64,000 nucleotides of DNA, taken from NCBI GenBank assembly GCA_965226795.1, contig CBDDDZ010000005.1, forward strand, positions 1,152,001 through 1,216,000. Reading direction: 5' to 3'. The DNA is from Candidatus Latescibacterota bacterium. Lineage in GTDB: Bacteria > Latescibacterota > UBA2968 > GCA-2709665. The translations under genes and the position numbers were made by a program. Shown in pieces: positions 10,011 to 20,310 of this stretch (positions are counted from its first letter, which is position 1; the number at the start of each line of letters is the position of its first letter). The notes under the pieces are model-generated. The model saw only the letters and a program-made list of their open reading frames with translations, was not told the origin of the DNA and did no database searches.

Positions 10011-10257
10011 GTATCGTCCTTTCAGTTTTGGATTGCAAGGGTTGCCGCGAGACGGTCGACACCTTTCGCTGCTGATTGAACGCCAATGCCATTTCATTTG
10101 AAATTTGCACGTGCCCTATAGCGACATACCGGGTTGACACCGACTGGCAACCATTCCATCGCGGCGCGTGTGGGAACGCGGGAACCATCAAACAGGCAAT
10201 ATCTGTCAAATTGGATGAAAAACAAGCTGAAAGTCACACTCTTGAGGAGGAAATTCC

Positions 10258-11559
10258 ATGGTTGGTCAAATTACACGCGTGGTTTGTTTTTTGGCACTCT
10301 TCCCGCTCGGCATTCACGCTGATAACTGGCCGCAGTGGCGCGGGCCACAGCAAAACGGGGTTAGCGCGGCCCGAAATCTTCCAGCGTCGTGGAGTCTTGA
10401 AAAGAATATCATCTGGAAGACAGAATTGCCTTCGTGGAGCGGCAGCACGCCCGTTATCTGGAAAGATCGCATTTTCCTGACTTCGCCATCGCCTGCACAA
10501 AGGCCGGAGGAACGGGAACCGGGTGGGCCGGAGATATTTGTTCTGTGTCTGTCAAAACAAGACGGCAGTGAACGCTGGCGGTACAAATTGGATGAGGGCA
10601 ATGAGCTGTGGCGCAAGCACAACAATACGTCGCCCTCGCCTGTTACGGATGGCGCGCACGTGTGGGTAATTACGGGCAATGGGGTTGTGACGTGCCTGGA
10701 CATGGATGGAAAGGCGATTTGGAGGCGCGATATTCAAGGGGACTACGGCAACTTTGGTCTGAATTTCGGGTATGCGTCTTCGCCGATTCTATACGGAGGC
10801 AAGCTCATCATACAGGTGCTTCACGGAATGCGCACGGATGATCCCTCGTATATCGTCGCGTTAGACGCCGGGAACGGAAAGGAAGTCTGGCGCGAAGCCC
10901 GCGCGACGGATGCCGTGTGGGAGTCTCCCGATTCGTACACGACACCCGCGCTGTTGAAGCACGATGGCAAGACTCAGATTGTCATTACGGGCGGGGATTG
11001 TGTGACGGGCCACGATACGGAAACGGGGCGTGAAATCTGGCGTGCCTACGGGTTGAATCCCGAGCAACAGGGTAATTATCGGATTGTGGCCTCTCCCGTA
11101 GTGGTCGGCGACATGATCTATGCGCCGACCCGGAGGCGCCCCCTGCTGGCGCTGGCCGCCGGCGACACTGGCGATGTTTCTGACAATGTGGTGTGGAAGT
11201 GGGAGGGCGACGCCGCGCCGGATGTGCCAACGCCGGTCTGTGACGGGAAGTACTTCTACATGGTTGACGATCGCGGTCGGGCGACGTGTCTCGACGCAAA
11301 GACGGGTGCCGTTGTGTGGGGGCCTGTGAGGACGGCACAGGGTGTCGTGAGCGCGTCGCCCCATCTCGCTGATGGCAAGTTGTTTTTGCTGAACGAATAT
11401 GCTGTGACGACCGTCCTGGCCGCTGGGCCGGAATTCGAGGTCCTGGCTACGAACGAACTTGACGGCACGTACACGCTGTCGTCGCCAGTGTCTTCCGGAT
11501 CACACCTATTCATTCGGACGGCGACGCATTTGTATTGTATCGGGTATAATACCGATTAA
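10258..11559 (+). CDS. PQQ-binding-like beta-propeller repeat protein, secreted
   Basis: Signal peptide followed by DNWPQWRGP; repeated SSP/TP...W motifs; LATNEL...SSP. Confidence 0.9.
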   Translation: MVGQITRVVCFLALFPLGIHADNWPQWRGPQQNGVSAARNLPASWSLEKNIIWKTELPSWSGSTPVIWKDRIFLTSPSPAQRPEEREPGGPEIFVLCLSKQDGSERWRYKLDEGNELWRKHNNTSPSPVTDGAHVWVITGNGVVTCLDMDGKAIWRRDIQGDYGNFGLNFGYASSPILYGGKLIIQVLHGMRTDDPSYIVALDAGNGKEVWREARATDAVWESPDSYTTPALLKHDGKTQIVITGGDCVTGHDTETGREIWRAYGLNPEQQGNYRIVASPVVVGDMIYAPTRRRPLLALAAGDTGDVSDNVVWKWEGDAAPDVPTPVCDGKYFYMVDDRGRATCLDAKTGAVVWGPVRTAQGVVSASPHLADGKLFLLNEYAVTTVLAAGPEFEVLATNELDGTYTLSSPVSSGSHLFIRTATHLYCIGYNTD

Positions 11560-11591
11560 AGTTTGGTCTACATCGCAAATCGGGATTGGCG

Positions 11592-11619
11592 TTGACAGAA
11601 CGTTACAGAATCATATATT
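11592..11619 (+). promoter_or_regulatory. Putative sigma70 promoter
   Basis: TTGACA-16 nt-TATATT upstream of 11670. Confidence 0.45.
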
Positions 11620-11669
11620 GATGCCGTTTCGGATACGGATTTGACATCAGGTCGGATAAGGGGGAGTTT

Positions 11670-12839
11670 ATGGCCACGCGGCTGAATATCGGATTGTTGG
11701 GCTATTCGTTTATGGGCAAGGCCCACAGCAATGCGTTCCGCAAGGTATCGATGTTTTTTCCGGATACGGGCGTCGAGCCGGTGATGAAGGTGATATGTGG
11801 TTCAAACAGGGACAACGTGGAGGCGGCGGCACGGACGTTCGGATGGGAGGAGTACGATACAGACTGGGAGAACGTGGTTGAGCGGGATGATATTGACGTG
11901 ATCGATATCTGTACGCCCGGGAATCTGCATATGCCGATGGCGATTGCCGCCCTGGAAGCGGGGAAACATGTCATCTGTGAAAAGCCGCTCGCGAATAACC
12001 TCCAGGAGGCGATGGAGATGTTGCGGGCATCCGAAGAGGCCGAAGGGAAGACGATGGTCGCGTACAACTACCGGCGCGTTCCGGCGGTTGCCCTGGCCAG
12101 ACAGTTGATCGAGGAGGGGCGTATCGGGCAGATTTATCACTGGCGGGCCGTGTATCTGCAGGACTGGATCATCGACCCGGATTTCCCGATGGTGTGGCGT
12201 TTCGAGAAGGACAAGGCCGGCTCCGGGCCGCACGGGGATTTGAATGCGCACATTATCGATCTGGCGCTGCATCTCGTGGGAGATATTCATTCTGTCGTAG
12301 CCGCCGACACGACGTTTATCAAAGAGCGCCCGCTCGCGGAATCGATCGATGCATCGCTGGGCGCAACGGGCGGTAAATCCGATCGGATGGGAACGGTCAC
12401 GGTGGATGATGCAACCCTGTTTCTGGCACGATTCAATAGTGGCGCCCTTGGATCGTTCGAGGCCACCCGGTTTGCGGCGGGCCGGCGCAACCACAACCGT
12501 TTTGAAATTAACGGAAGCAAAGGCAGTCTCGCGTTCAACCTGGAAAAGATGAACGAATTGCAGTTTTATTCCCGCGAGGACGAGGGGCATATACAAGGAT
12601 TCCGGGAGATCATCGTGAATGAAGGCGTGCATCCGTACATATCGGCTTGGTGGCCTCCGGGCCATATCGTCGGGTGGGAGCATTCATTCGTGCATGAGGT
12701 CAAGGACTTTTTCGAAGCGATCGCCAACGACCGGGAGGCGTCACCGAATTTCAGGGAAGGCGCACGGGTCCAGGCCGTCCTCGAGGCGGCCGGCGATTCG
12801 GCGAAATCGGGCCGGTGGCACGAGGTCCCGGAAGTGTAA
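11670..12839 (+). CDS. Gfo/Idh/MocA family sugar dehydrogenase
   Basis: GYSFMGKAH, ICEKPLA, YNYRRVPA, YLQDW, GDLNAH, WWPPGH. Confidence 0.93.
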   Translation: MATRLNIGLLGYSFMGKAHSNAFRKVSMFFPDTGVEPVMKVICGSNRDNVEAAARTFGWEEYDTDWENVVERDDIDVIDICTPGNLHMPMAIAALEAGKHVICEKPLANNLQEAMEMLRASEEAEGKTMVAYNYRRVPAVALARQLIEEGRIGQIYHWRAVYLQDWIIDPDFPMVWRFEKDKAGSGPHGDLNAHIIDLALHLVGDIHSVVAADTTFIKERPLAESIDASLGATGGKSDRMGTVTVDDATLFLARFNSGALGSFEATRFAAGRRNHNRFEINGSKGSLAFNLEKMNELQFYSREDEGHIQGFREIIVNEGVHPYISAWWPPGHIVGWEHSFVHEVKDFFEAIANDREASPNFREGARVQAVLEAAGDSAKSGRWHEVPEV

Positions 12840-12908
12840 CCCACGGCAACCGCCTGCGCGGTTCAAGCGCCAGCCGGACGCCGGGAGCATTTGGAAGGAG
12901 TTGCGGTT

Positions 12909-13907
12909 ATGGCAAGACCCTGTACGTTGTTTACCGGACAATGGGCGGATCTCTCCCTGGAGGTGATGGCGGAAAAAGCGGCGGAGTTCGGGTACGACGG
13001 GTTGGAGTTGGCCTGCTGGGGAGACCATTTGGATGTTCGCGAGGCGGCGTCCAGCGATGGCTATTGCCGGAGTCGACACGAGATTCTGGAAAAACACGGC
13101 CTGAAGTTCTGGTCGATCAGCAATCATCTCGTCGGTCAGGCGGTTTGCGACAATATAGACGAACGTCACCGTGCGATTCTACCCCCCCACGTGTGGGGGA
13201 ATGGCAATCCGGACGAGGTGAAACGCCGGGCGGCCGAGGACATGATGACATCGGCCGAGGCAGCCAGGGCCCTGGGAGTGAGCGTAGTCAACGGCTTTAC
13301 CGGGTCGTCCATCTGGCATCTGCTCTATTCGTTTCCACCGTTGACCCCGGATGCGATCGATGCGGGTTTCAATGATTTCGCGGATCGATGGAATCCGATT
13401 CTGGATGCGTTTGGAAAAAACGACGTCCGGTTTGCCCTGGAGGTGCATCCGACGGAAATCGCGTTCGATCTCGCCTCCGCCGCACGGGCGGTCGCGGCGC
13501 TGGGGGGCAGAAGCGAGTTCGGGTTCAATTACGATCCCAGCCACCTGGTTTATCAGAACGTGGATTACGTGGCGTTTATCCGTGAGTTTAAAGATCGCAT
13601 CTACCATGTCCATATGAAAGACGCGTATCTGTCGCCTTTGCCCACGCGAGCAGGGATTTTCGGCGGTCACACCGAGTTTGGCGACCCTGATCGTTCCTGG
13701 GATTTCCGGTCCCCGGGCCGTGGCAGCGTGGACTTTGAAGAGATTATTCGCGCGTTGAACGACATAGGATATGGCGGGCCCTTGTCTGTAGAGTGGGAAG
13801 ATTCCGGCATGGACCGGGAACACGGCGCGGTAGAGGCTTGTGCGTTTGTGAACAGCGTGGATTTCGAACCGTCGGGCGTGGCATTCGACGCGGCGTTTGC
13901 CGAATAG
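12909..13907 (+). CDS. Sugar phosphate isomerase/epimerase (xylose-isomerase-like TIM barrel)
   Basis: [47 protein letters not shown]. Confidence 0.93.
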   Translation: MARPCTLFTGQWADLSLEVMAEKAAEFGYDGLELACWGDHLDVREAASSDGYCRSRHEILEKHGLKFWSISNHLVGQAVCDNIDERHRAILPPHVWGNGNPDEVKRRAAEDMMTSAEAARALGVSVVNGFTGSSIWHLLYSFPPLTPDAIDAGFNDFADRWNPILDAFGKNDVRFALEVHPTEIAFDLASAARAVAALGGRSEFGFNYDPSHLVYQNVDYVAFIREFKDRIYHVHMKDAYLSPLPTRAGIFGGHTEFGDPDRSWDFRSPGRGSVDFEEIIRALNDIGYGGPLSVEWEDSGMDREHGAVEACAFVNSVDFEPSGVAFDAAFAE

Positions 13908-13925
13908 AAAACGGATGTCTGCTAC

Positions 13926-14207
13926 TGGTGTTCTGTCCCGGAGATATGTCACGATCCTTCCACCGGTTCATCCCGTTGCGATGCGTGTTTTGCGTGCGTT
14001 GCATGCGTTGAGCCGGTCGAAGCGAGCCAGCCGAAACGATCCTGTACCCTGAGCCTGTCGAAGGGTAGCGAAACAAGGGCATTCCGACAAGCTTGCTTCG
14101 ACAAGCTCAGCACGGGCAATGACCATGTTTCAACAGGTTCAGGCGCCTTGCGAGGCGGGCGACTCGTCGGCTGAACTCAGGCAAGATATTTCCGGGACGG
14201 GATACTG
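13926..14207. mobile_element. MITE copy 1 (IS630-like ends) with nested palindromic repeats
   Basis: Left end TGGTGTTCTGTCCCGGAGATAT and right end ATATTTCCGGGACGGGATACTG are imperfect inverted repeats. Internal blocks are shared with the copies at 52211 and 58033. Confidence 0.7.
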
Positions 14208-14264
14208 GCGGTCAGCAGGTGTGTGATACGGCCTGCCGGCCGCTTTTTCTTGGGGAGATCGTCT

Positions 14265-15827
14265 ATGCGGATGCGTGTTTTTTTGGTGTTTGTTCTGATG
14301 ACGGCCGTCGCCTGCGTTGCTGAACGTCCCCGGACCCTGGTGTTCGGCCGGGGCGGCGATACCGTGGGTCTGGATCCCGCACTGGAAACCGATGGAGAGT
14401 CATTCAAGGTCTGTGATAACATCTACGATACGCTTGTAACCTTTCGTCAGGGAAATACCGAGTTGGCGCCGGGTCTGGCAGAGGCCTGGACGGCGTCGGA
14501 CGACCTGAAAACATGGACATTTCGACTCAGGAAAAACGTGCGGTTCCACGATGGTACTCCGTTCAATGCCGATGCGGTGGTGTTTTCTCTGGCCCGGCAG
14601 TTTGAATCCGACCATCCGTTTCATCGTGTGGAAGGCGCGTTCCAGTATTGGAACAGTATGTCGATGAGCGATATCGTCCGGGATGTTACGAAAGTGGACG
14701 ATCATACGGTTTCCATCGCGCTGGCGCGTCCCAATGCGCCGTTTCTATCGAATCTCGCGATGAATTTCTGCGGGATCGTGAGTCCTTCCGCCGTGCGGAA
14801 ACACGGCGCGGACTATCCGCGGCACCCCGTGGGCACGGGCCCGTTCAGGTTTGTGCAATGGATCAGGGATGACCGGGTGGTACTGGAGCGAAATCCCGAC
14901 TACTGGGGCGATGCGCCGCAGATCGACCGGCTGATTTTCAGGAGCATTCCGGAGAATTCCGTGCGTCTGATTGCGTTCATCCAGGGTTCGATTGACGGGA
15001 TGGATCATCTGGTGCCGGATTTTATCCCGAATATCGAAAAGCATCCGAACCTTCGGCTCCTGACGCAGCCGGGAATGAATGTGGGGTATCTGGCAATGAA
15101 TATGGATCGGGCGCCGTTCCACCTCATCAAGGTGCGGCGGGCGGTGAACCATGCCATCCACAAACAGGCGCTGGTGGACAATCTGTATCAGGGTCTGGCG
15201 CTGCCTGCGGTCAATCCGATTCCACCGTCGATGTGGAGCTATCACGAAGGTATTGAAGGATACGCCTACGATCCCGAGCGCGCCCGTGAGCTATTGGCCG
15301 AGGCCGGTTATGCGGATGGATTCAAGACCACGCTGTGGGCCATGCCGGTGCCGCGTCCGTATATGCCCCAGCCGAGGAAAATAGCCCAGGCCATCCAGGC
15401 CGATCTGCAGGCGGTCGGTATCCAGGCCGAAATCGTGAGTTACGAGTGGGGAACCTATCTGGACAAGGTTTCGAGGGGTCAGCACGATATGGCGCTTCTG
15501 GGTTGGACCGGTGACAACGGAGACCCGGACAATTTCCTGTACGTCCTGCTGGACAAGAGCGCGACCCAGCATCCCGCCAACAATATAGCGTTCTACCGCA
15601 GCGACGAACTGCACGACGTTCTTTTGCAGGCGCAACGGGAAGTGGATATCGCCGTGAGGACGGGGCTTTACCGAAAGGCGCAGGAGATCGTGTTCCACGA
15701 TGCGCCCTGGGTGCCACTCGTGCACGCGGCGCAGACCGCTGCATTCAAGAAGACGGTTAGCGGTTTCACCCTGCATCCCACAGGTAGCAAGTGGTTCCGG
15801 AACGTCCGGATTGTGGAAGCGGATTGA
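14265..15827 (+). CDS. dppA: Peptide ABC transporter substrate-binding protein (family 5, DppA-like)
   Basis: LDPALETDGES, PGLAEAW, LRKNVRFHDG, PVGTGPF, MPVPRPYMP, GWTGDNGDPDNF. Confidence 0.9.
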   Translation: MRMRVFLVFVLMTAVACVAERPRTLVFGRGGDTVGLDPALETDGESFKVCDNIYDTLVTFRQGNTELAPGLAEAWTASDDLKTWTFRLRKNVRFHDGTPFNADAVVFSLARQFESDHPFHRVEGAFQYWNSMSMSDIVRDVTKVDDHTVSIALARPNAPFLSNLAMNFCGIVSPSAVRKHGADYPRHPVGTGPFRFVQWIRDDRVVLERNPDYWGDAPQIDRLIFRSIPENSVRLIAFIQGSIDGMDHLVPDFIPNIEKHPNLRLLTQPGMNVGYLAMNMDRAPFHLIKVRRAVNHAIHKQALVDNLYQGLALPAVNPIPPSMWSYHEGIEGYAYDPERARELLAEAGYADGFKTTLWAMPVPRPYMPQPRKIAQAIQADLQAVGIQAEIVSYEWGTYLDKVSRGQHDMALLGWTGDNGDPDNFLYVLLDKSATQHPANNIAFYRSDELHDVLLQAQREVDIAVRTGLYRKAQEIVFHDAPWVPLVHAAQTAAFKKTVSGFTLHPTGSKWFRNVRIVEAD

Positions 15828-15888
15828 AGACGCTGCCGGAACCTGCGGGGATTGGCACCTTCCCGGTAATTTCGAGGTGACACCCGAT

Positions 15889-16902
15889 ATGGGCGTCTAT
15901 ATCCTGAAACGTTTGCTTCTGCTTGTCCCGATGCTGCTGGGAATCGTGGTTCTGGTGTTCCTGATGATTCATTTCGTTCCGGGTGATCCGGCGCAGGTGA
16001 TGCTGGGTGAACGCGCCAGCGCGGAACAGGTGGCGGAACTGCGAAAGCAATTGGGGTTGGATCAGGAACTGCATGTCCAGCTAGGCCTGTACCTGTGGGG
16101 ATTGATGCAAGGCGACCTGGGGCGGTCCTTAAAGTCCCACGCGAAAGTTTCCTCCGAGTTGCTGGCCAGGTTCCCCGCGACGATTGAACTCACATTGATG
16201 AGCATGTTACTTGCCTGCGGGATTGGGATACTTGCCGGCGTGGTTTCGGCCTCCCGCAAGGGTTCCGTGATGGATTATCTCGGCATGACGGCTTCCCTGG
16301 CCGGGCTCTCGATGCCTATTTTCTGGCTGGGCTTAATGGTTATTCTGCTGATGTCGATGTTTCTGGGGTTATTTCCCGTATCCGGTCGGCTCAGCACCCA
16401 CCTGTTCATTCCGGAGGTGACGGGTCTCTATCTGATTGACAGCCTGCTTGCGTGGGATTGGCCGGCCTTCGGCGACGCCGCCTGGCATCTCGTGCTGCCC
16501 GGTCTTACCCTGGGTACCGTGCCGATGGCGGTGATTGCGCGCATGACTCGGTCCAGCGTTCTGGATGTACTCAAGGAGGACTATGTGCGTACGGCCTGGG
16601 CGAAGGGGCTGTCGGAGCGAGTTGTGGTCTTCCGGCACGCCTTGAAAAATGCGTTTATTCCCGTGTTGACGGTAATCAGCCTGCAGTTCGGGTTTCTGTT
16701 GGGCGGAGCAGTAATTACGGAAACGATCTTTGCCTGGCCGGGCGTGGGGCGGTGGCTTCTGCTTGCGGTTTACTCAAGGGACTTCCGGGCAGTTCAGGGA
16801 GGGGTGCTGCTGGTTGCCCTGACGTTTGCGCTTATCAATCTCATTGTCGACGTGATGTACGCGTGGCTGGATCCGCGCATCAGACACCAGAACGAAACGT
16901 GA
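15889..16902 (+). CDS. dppB: Peptide ABC transporter permease DppB-like
   Basis: PGDPA, GDLGRS, FPATIEL, EDYVRTAWAKGL (EAA loop), LDPRIR. Confidence 0.92.
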   Translation: MGVYILKRLLLLVPMLLGIVVLVFLMIHFVPGDPAQVMLGERASAEQVAELRKQLGLDQELHVQLGLYLWGLMQGDLGRSLKSHAKVSSELLARFPATIELTLMSMLLACGIGILAGVVSASRKGSVMDYLGMTASLAGLSMPIFWLGLMVILLMSMFLGLFPVSGRLSTHLFIPEVTGLYLIDSLLAWDWPAFGDAAWHLVLPGLTLGTVPMAVIARMTRSSVLDVLKEDYVRTAWAKGLSERVVVFRHALKNAFIPVLTVISLQFGFLLGGAVITETIFAWPGVGRWLLLAVYSRDFRAVQGGVLLVALTFALINLIVDVMYAWLDPRIRHQNET

Positions 16903-17801
16903 GACAATCATACCATCCACATCCGGGATCATCCTTGGAAACCGAAGCTTCCCCGGGCCTGAAAGCCGGTGGTTGGGGCGGGCTGTTCTGGAAACGACTC
17001 CTGAAGAACCGACTGGCAGCCGCCGGGGGTATCCTCCTGTTGGGATTCCTTTTGCTGGCCATTGCCGCGCCCCTGGCGGCGCCGCACGATCCCTTTGCTC
17101 AGAACTTGTACGAACGCCTTCAACCCCCGTCGCTGACGTATCTGTTCGGCACGGATGATTTCGGGAGGGATGTTCTGAGCCGCGTCATCCACGGCGCACG
17201 GATTTCGCTACGGGTGGGCGTTTCAGCTGTACTGATCGCGCTGATTGTGGGCGTTCCCATCGGGCTCGTGTCGGGGTATTGGGGCGGCGCGCTGGATCAG
17301 GCGTTGATGCGGGCGATGGATCTGATGCTCGCATTCCCCAGTATCCTTCTGGCCATCGCCATTGTGGCGGTCCTGGGGCCGGGGTTGGAAAATGCGATGC
17401 TGGCGGTCGGAATCGTGGCGGTGCCCCAGTACGCCCGTCTGGTGCGGGCTTCGGCGCTGGCTGTACGGGGACAGGATTACGTACAGGCCGTGCGAGCGCT
17501 CGGCGCGGGGGATTTTCAGATCCTGTTTTTTTCGGTTCTCCCGAACTGCCTGACGCCTCTGATCGTACAGTCCACGTTGGGGCTGGCTACCGCCATACTC
17601 GATGCGGCGGGCCTGAGCTTTTTGGGATTGGGCGCGCAGCCGCCGACGCCGGAGTGGGGCGCGATGCTGACTGGTGGACGGGAACTGGTACTCCGAGCGC
17701 CGTGGGTATTGGCCCTTCCGGGCCTGGCGATTTTTTTTACCGTATTGGCATTTAACCTGCTCGGAGATGGACTACGGGATGCGCTGGATCCGCGGACCTG
17801 A
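16899..17801 (+). CDS. dppC: Peptide ABC transporter permease DppC-like
   Basis: FGTDDFGRDVLSR, LSFLGLGAQPPTPEWG, NLLGDGLRDALDPR. GTG start overlaps the dppB stop. Confidence 0.92.
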   Translation: MRQSYHPHPGSSLETEASPGLKAGGWGGLFWKRLLKNRLAAAGGILLLGFLLLAIAAPLAAPHDPFAQNLYERLQPPSLTYLFGTDDFGRDVLSRVIHGARISLRVGVSAVLIALIVGVPIGLVSGYWGGALDQALMRAMDLMLAFPSILLAIAIVAVLGPGLENAMLAVGIVAVPQYARLVRASALAVRGQDYVQAVRALGAGDFQILFFSVLPNCLTPLIVQSTLGLATAILDAAGLSFLGLGAQPPTPEWGAMLTGGRELVLRAPWVLALPGLAIFFTVLAFNLLGDGLRDALDPRT

Positions 17802-18047
17802 CCCGGCTGTTTGAAGCATGAAATGCCCGTTTCGATATGGAATAAGCGACTCCCGCCGTGCCGTGTATATCGACCTGCAGGCGACGAATGGCGAATCCGC
17901 GCGGACGGCTCCGGTCAGCCAGTTACGTGCCAGCACGAAGCCAGGATGTAATGAGCGTCACAAATTAATGTTAATTAAGGTAATAAAGATATCTGAAACG
18001 AAGCACGCGTACGCCATGTTTCTGAAGGCTTCGGCTGGAAAAAGCGT

Positions 18048-18075
18048 TTGACTTCCTCGTTCGGTGGCGTATATT
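18048..18075 (+). promoter_or_regulatory. Putative sigma70 promoter ahead of a micro-ORF or small RNA
   Basis: TTGACT-16 nt-TATATT. Confidence 0.5.
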
Positions 18076-18103
18076 TTCGTTTACACGGAAAGGAGGTGGT
18101 CAA

Positions 18104-18139
18104 ATGAGCGAAATGACCAGTGGAGGTGGCTGTAGTTAG
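18104..18139 (+). CDS. Putative 11-aa micropeptide MSEMTSGGGCS (or part of a small RNA)
   Basis: Very strong SD GAAAGGAGGTGGTC immediately before the ATG, with its own promoter. Confidence 0.35.
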   Translation: MSEMTSGGGCS

Positions 18140-18357
18140 GTGCGCTGCCGGGTGCGGGAGAACATCTCGTCTGGAAACGCGCCTGGCGAATCTAAACAGC
18201 CATCGAAAGACAGGCGATCCGTCATACCGATGGGCCCCGGCCATGTGTGTGGGGCGCCGTGAGATGGAGGCCGTCTCGAGAATTGCGCCGTGGTGAGATG
18301 TGGCCGAAAAACGGCTCCCGAATCGCGGCGCATTTTTTGTCTTATAAGGGTTTGTGC

Positions 18358-18386
18358 TTGACAAAGTCACGCTCACTCATTACTTT
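18358..18386 (+). promoter_or_regulatory. rplM operon promoter
   Basis: TTGACA-17 nt-TACTTT. Confidence 0.65.
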
Positions 18387-18470
18387 CAAAGGTTTGACAT
18401 TGCGTGGAACTGTCGTTGAGAGGAGGTGAGTTCGAATTCGGCGTTTTTGTGGACGCCATTCGGATTTATT

Positions 18471-18905
18471 ATGAATACGCCAAGCGCTAAAAAGAATGAC
18501 ATTGAACGGAAATGGGTTCTGGCTGATGCCGAAGGTAAGGTCCTGGGTCGCCTTGCAAGCGAGGTGGCACGGATCCTCATGGGTAAACACAAGCCATTTT
18601 ATACGCCGCACGTGGATACCGGCGATCATGTCATTGTCGTAAATACCGAGAAGCTCATTGTCAAAGGCGCCAACAAACCCGAACAGAAGGTCTATAAGCG
18701 CTATAGCGGGTATCCTGGTGGCCTGAAAACCAAAACCCTCAGGCGGGCGCTCGAAACGCAGCCTGTGTTTGTGCTGGAACATGCCATACGAGGGATGTTG
18801 CCACGTACGAAACTGGGGCGCCGGATGATGAAGAAGGTCCGGATCTACGCGGGTCCCGACCATCCACATCGGAGTCAGGTGCCCGCCGCGATCGACCTGG
18901 TCTGA
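18471..18905 (+). CDS. rplM: 50S ribosomal protein L13
   Basis: KVLGRLASEVA, GKHKPFYTPHVDTGD, YSGYPGGLK, GMLPRTKLGR. Confidence 0.98.
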   Translation: MNTPSAKKNDIERKWVLADAEGKVLGRLASEVARILMGKHKPFYTPHVDTGDHVIVVNTEKLIVKGANKPEQKVYKRYSGYPGGLKTKTLRRALETQPVFVLEHAIRGMLPRTKLGRRMMKKVRIYAGPDHPHRSQVPAAIDLV

Positions 18906-18960
18906 AGTCCGCGGTATCGAAACAACCTTGGAGAATCGTTGACCGAGAGGAGGTGGGGTC

Positions 18961-19353
18961 TTGGCAGAGATCCTTGTTTCTGCCAGAGGCCGGCGCAAGT
19001 CGGCGACGGCAAACGTAAAGCTCTTTCCGGGTTCCGGAGAGATCACAATCAATGGCAGGCCGATTCTGGATTATCTGAGACGTGAGACGCTGGTGATGAT
19101 CGTGGAACAGCCGCTGGCGGTTACGGAGACGATCGGGCAATACAATATCGTCGCAAGCGCCAAGGGTGGTGGTCTGAGCGGCCAGGCCGGCGCCGTACGG
19201 CTGGGTATCGCCCGCAGCCTGCTCGCCCTGAACGAAGATCTCAAAAAACCGCTGCGCGAGGCCGGGCTGTTGACCCGCGACGCGCGAGAGGTGGAGCGAA
19301 AAAAGCCGGGCCGCCCGGGGGCACGCAAGCGGTTCCAGTTTTCCAAACGTTAG
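18961..19353 (+). CDS. rpsI: 30S ribosomal protein S9
   Basis: GRRKSATA, GGGLSGQAGAVRLG, LTRDAREVERKK, ARKRFQFSKR. Confidence 0.98.
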   Translation: MAEILVSARGRRKSATANVKLFPGSGEITINGRPILDYLRRETLVMIVEQPLAVTETIGQYNIVASAKGGGLSGQAGAVRLGIARSLLALNEDLKKPLREAGLLTRDAREVERKKPGRPGARKRFQFSKR

Positions 19354-19384
19354 TCGGCTGTTTTTTTTCCTATCGGCGTGTTGC

Positions 19385-19495
19385 GCATCTGGCGACGCGC
19401 CTATTTCACATGTGTCCCGACCGCAGGCCGGGTGTCGGTTTCCGACTGGTTTGTGGAATGACGGTCACAGAGGATCAACCCGGAGTTTCAGGAGG
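19385..19495 (+). promoter_or_regulatory. Possible rpsB leader (S2 autoregulatory RNA structure)
   Basis: Structured-looking 5' region with a GGGTG motif and stems (GTCGG/CCGAC) directly before rpsB; position-based inference. Confidence 0.35.
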
Positions 19496-19500
19496 ATTGT

Positions 19501-20265
19501 ATGGCTGTCGTTGAAATGAAGGCGTTGCTGGAGGCCGGGGTCCACTTCGGGCACCAGACCCGCCGATGGAATCCCAAGATGAAGAAGTTCATCTTCATCG
19601 AACGCAACGGCATTTACATTATTGATCTGCAGAAGACACTGAGGCAGATCGAAGAAGCCTATCAGGTTGTAAGCGAGGCCGTGGAGCGGGGAGATTCGGT
19701 ACTCTTCGTTGGAACGAAAAAACAGGCTAAAGACGTCATTCTTCGGGAAGCGAAGCGCTGTGAGATGTTCCATGTAACCGAGCGTTGGCTTGGCGGGATG
19801 TTGACGAATTACCAGACCATTCGTCAGAGCATTCGCCGCCTTGAAACGCTGGACAAGATGGGAGCGGACGGCACCTACGAGAAGTTGACCAAAAAAGAGG
19901 TGTTGCAGCTGGAGCGTGAGAGGGAGAAACTGGAGAGATCCTTGAGCGGTATCCGGGATATGGGCCGCCTGCCGGGGTTGGTATTTGTGGTTGATATCAA
20001 AAAAGAAAAAATCGCCGTTCATGAAGCGAGGCGTCTTAACATACCGGTAGTGGCCCTCGTCGACACCAACTGCAATCCGGACGACGTTGACTATCCGATT
20101 CCCGGAAACGACGACGCCATCCGGTCCATCGAACTCATTACCCGCCTGGTCTCCGATGCGGTGCTGGAGGGCCAGAAGATCGGGCGAGAGGGGCCCGACC
20201 GGGCGGAAGACGAACCCCAATTGCTTGGCCCGGAAATTACCGTAATTACCGAAGTCAACGAATGA
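19501..20265 (+). CDS. rpsB: 30S ribosomal protein S2
   Basis: [46 protein letters not shown]. Confidence 0.99.
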   Translation: MAVVEMKALLEAGVHFGHQTRRWNPKMKKFIFIERNGIYIIDLQKTLRQIEEAYQVVSEAVERGDSVLFVGTKKQAKDVILREAKRCEMFHVTERWLGGMLTNYQTIRQSIRRLETLDKMGADGTYEKLTKKEVLQLEREREKLERSLSGIRDMGRLPGLVFVVDIKKEKIAVHEARRLNIPVVALVDTNCNPDDVDYPIPGNDDAIRSIELITRLVSDAVLEGQKIGREGPDRAEDEPQLLGPEITVITEVNE

Positions 20266-20310
20266 CGACCAGAATAGAAGGGAGAGGCGTTACGCCTGCG
20301 GGGAGAACAA

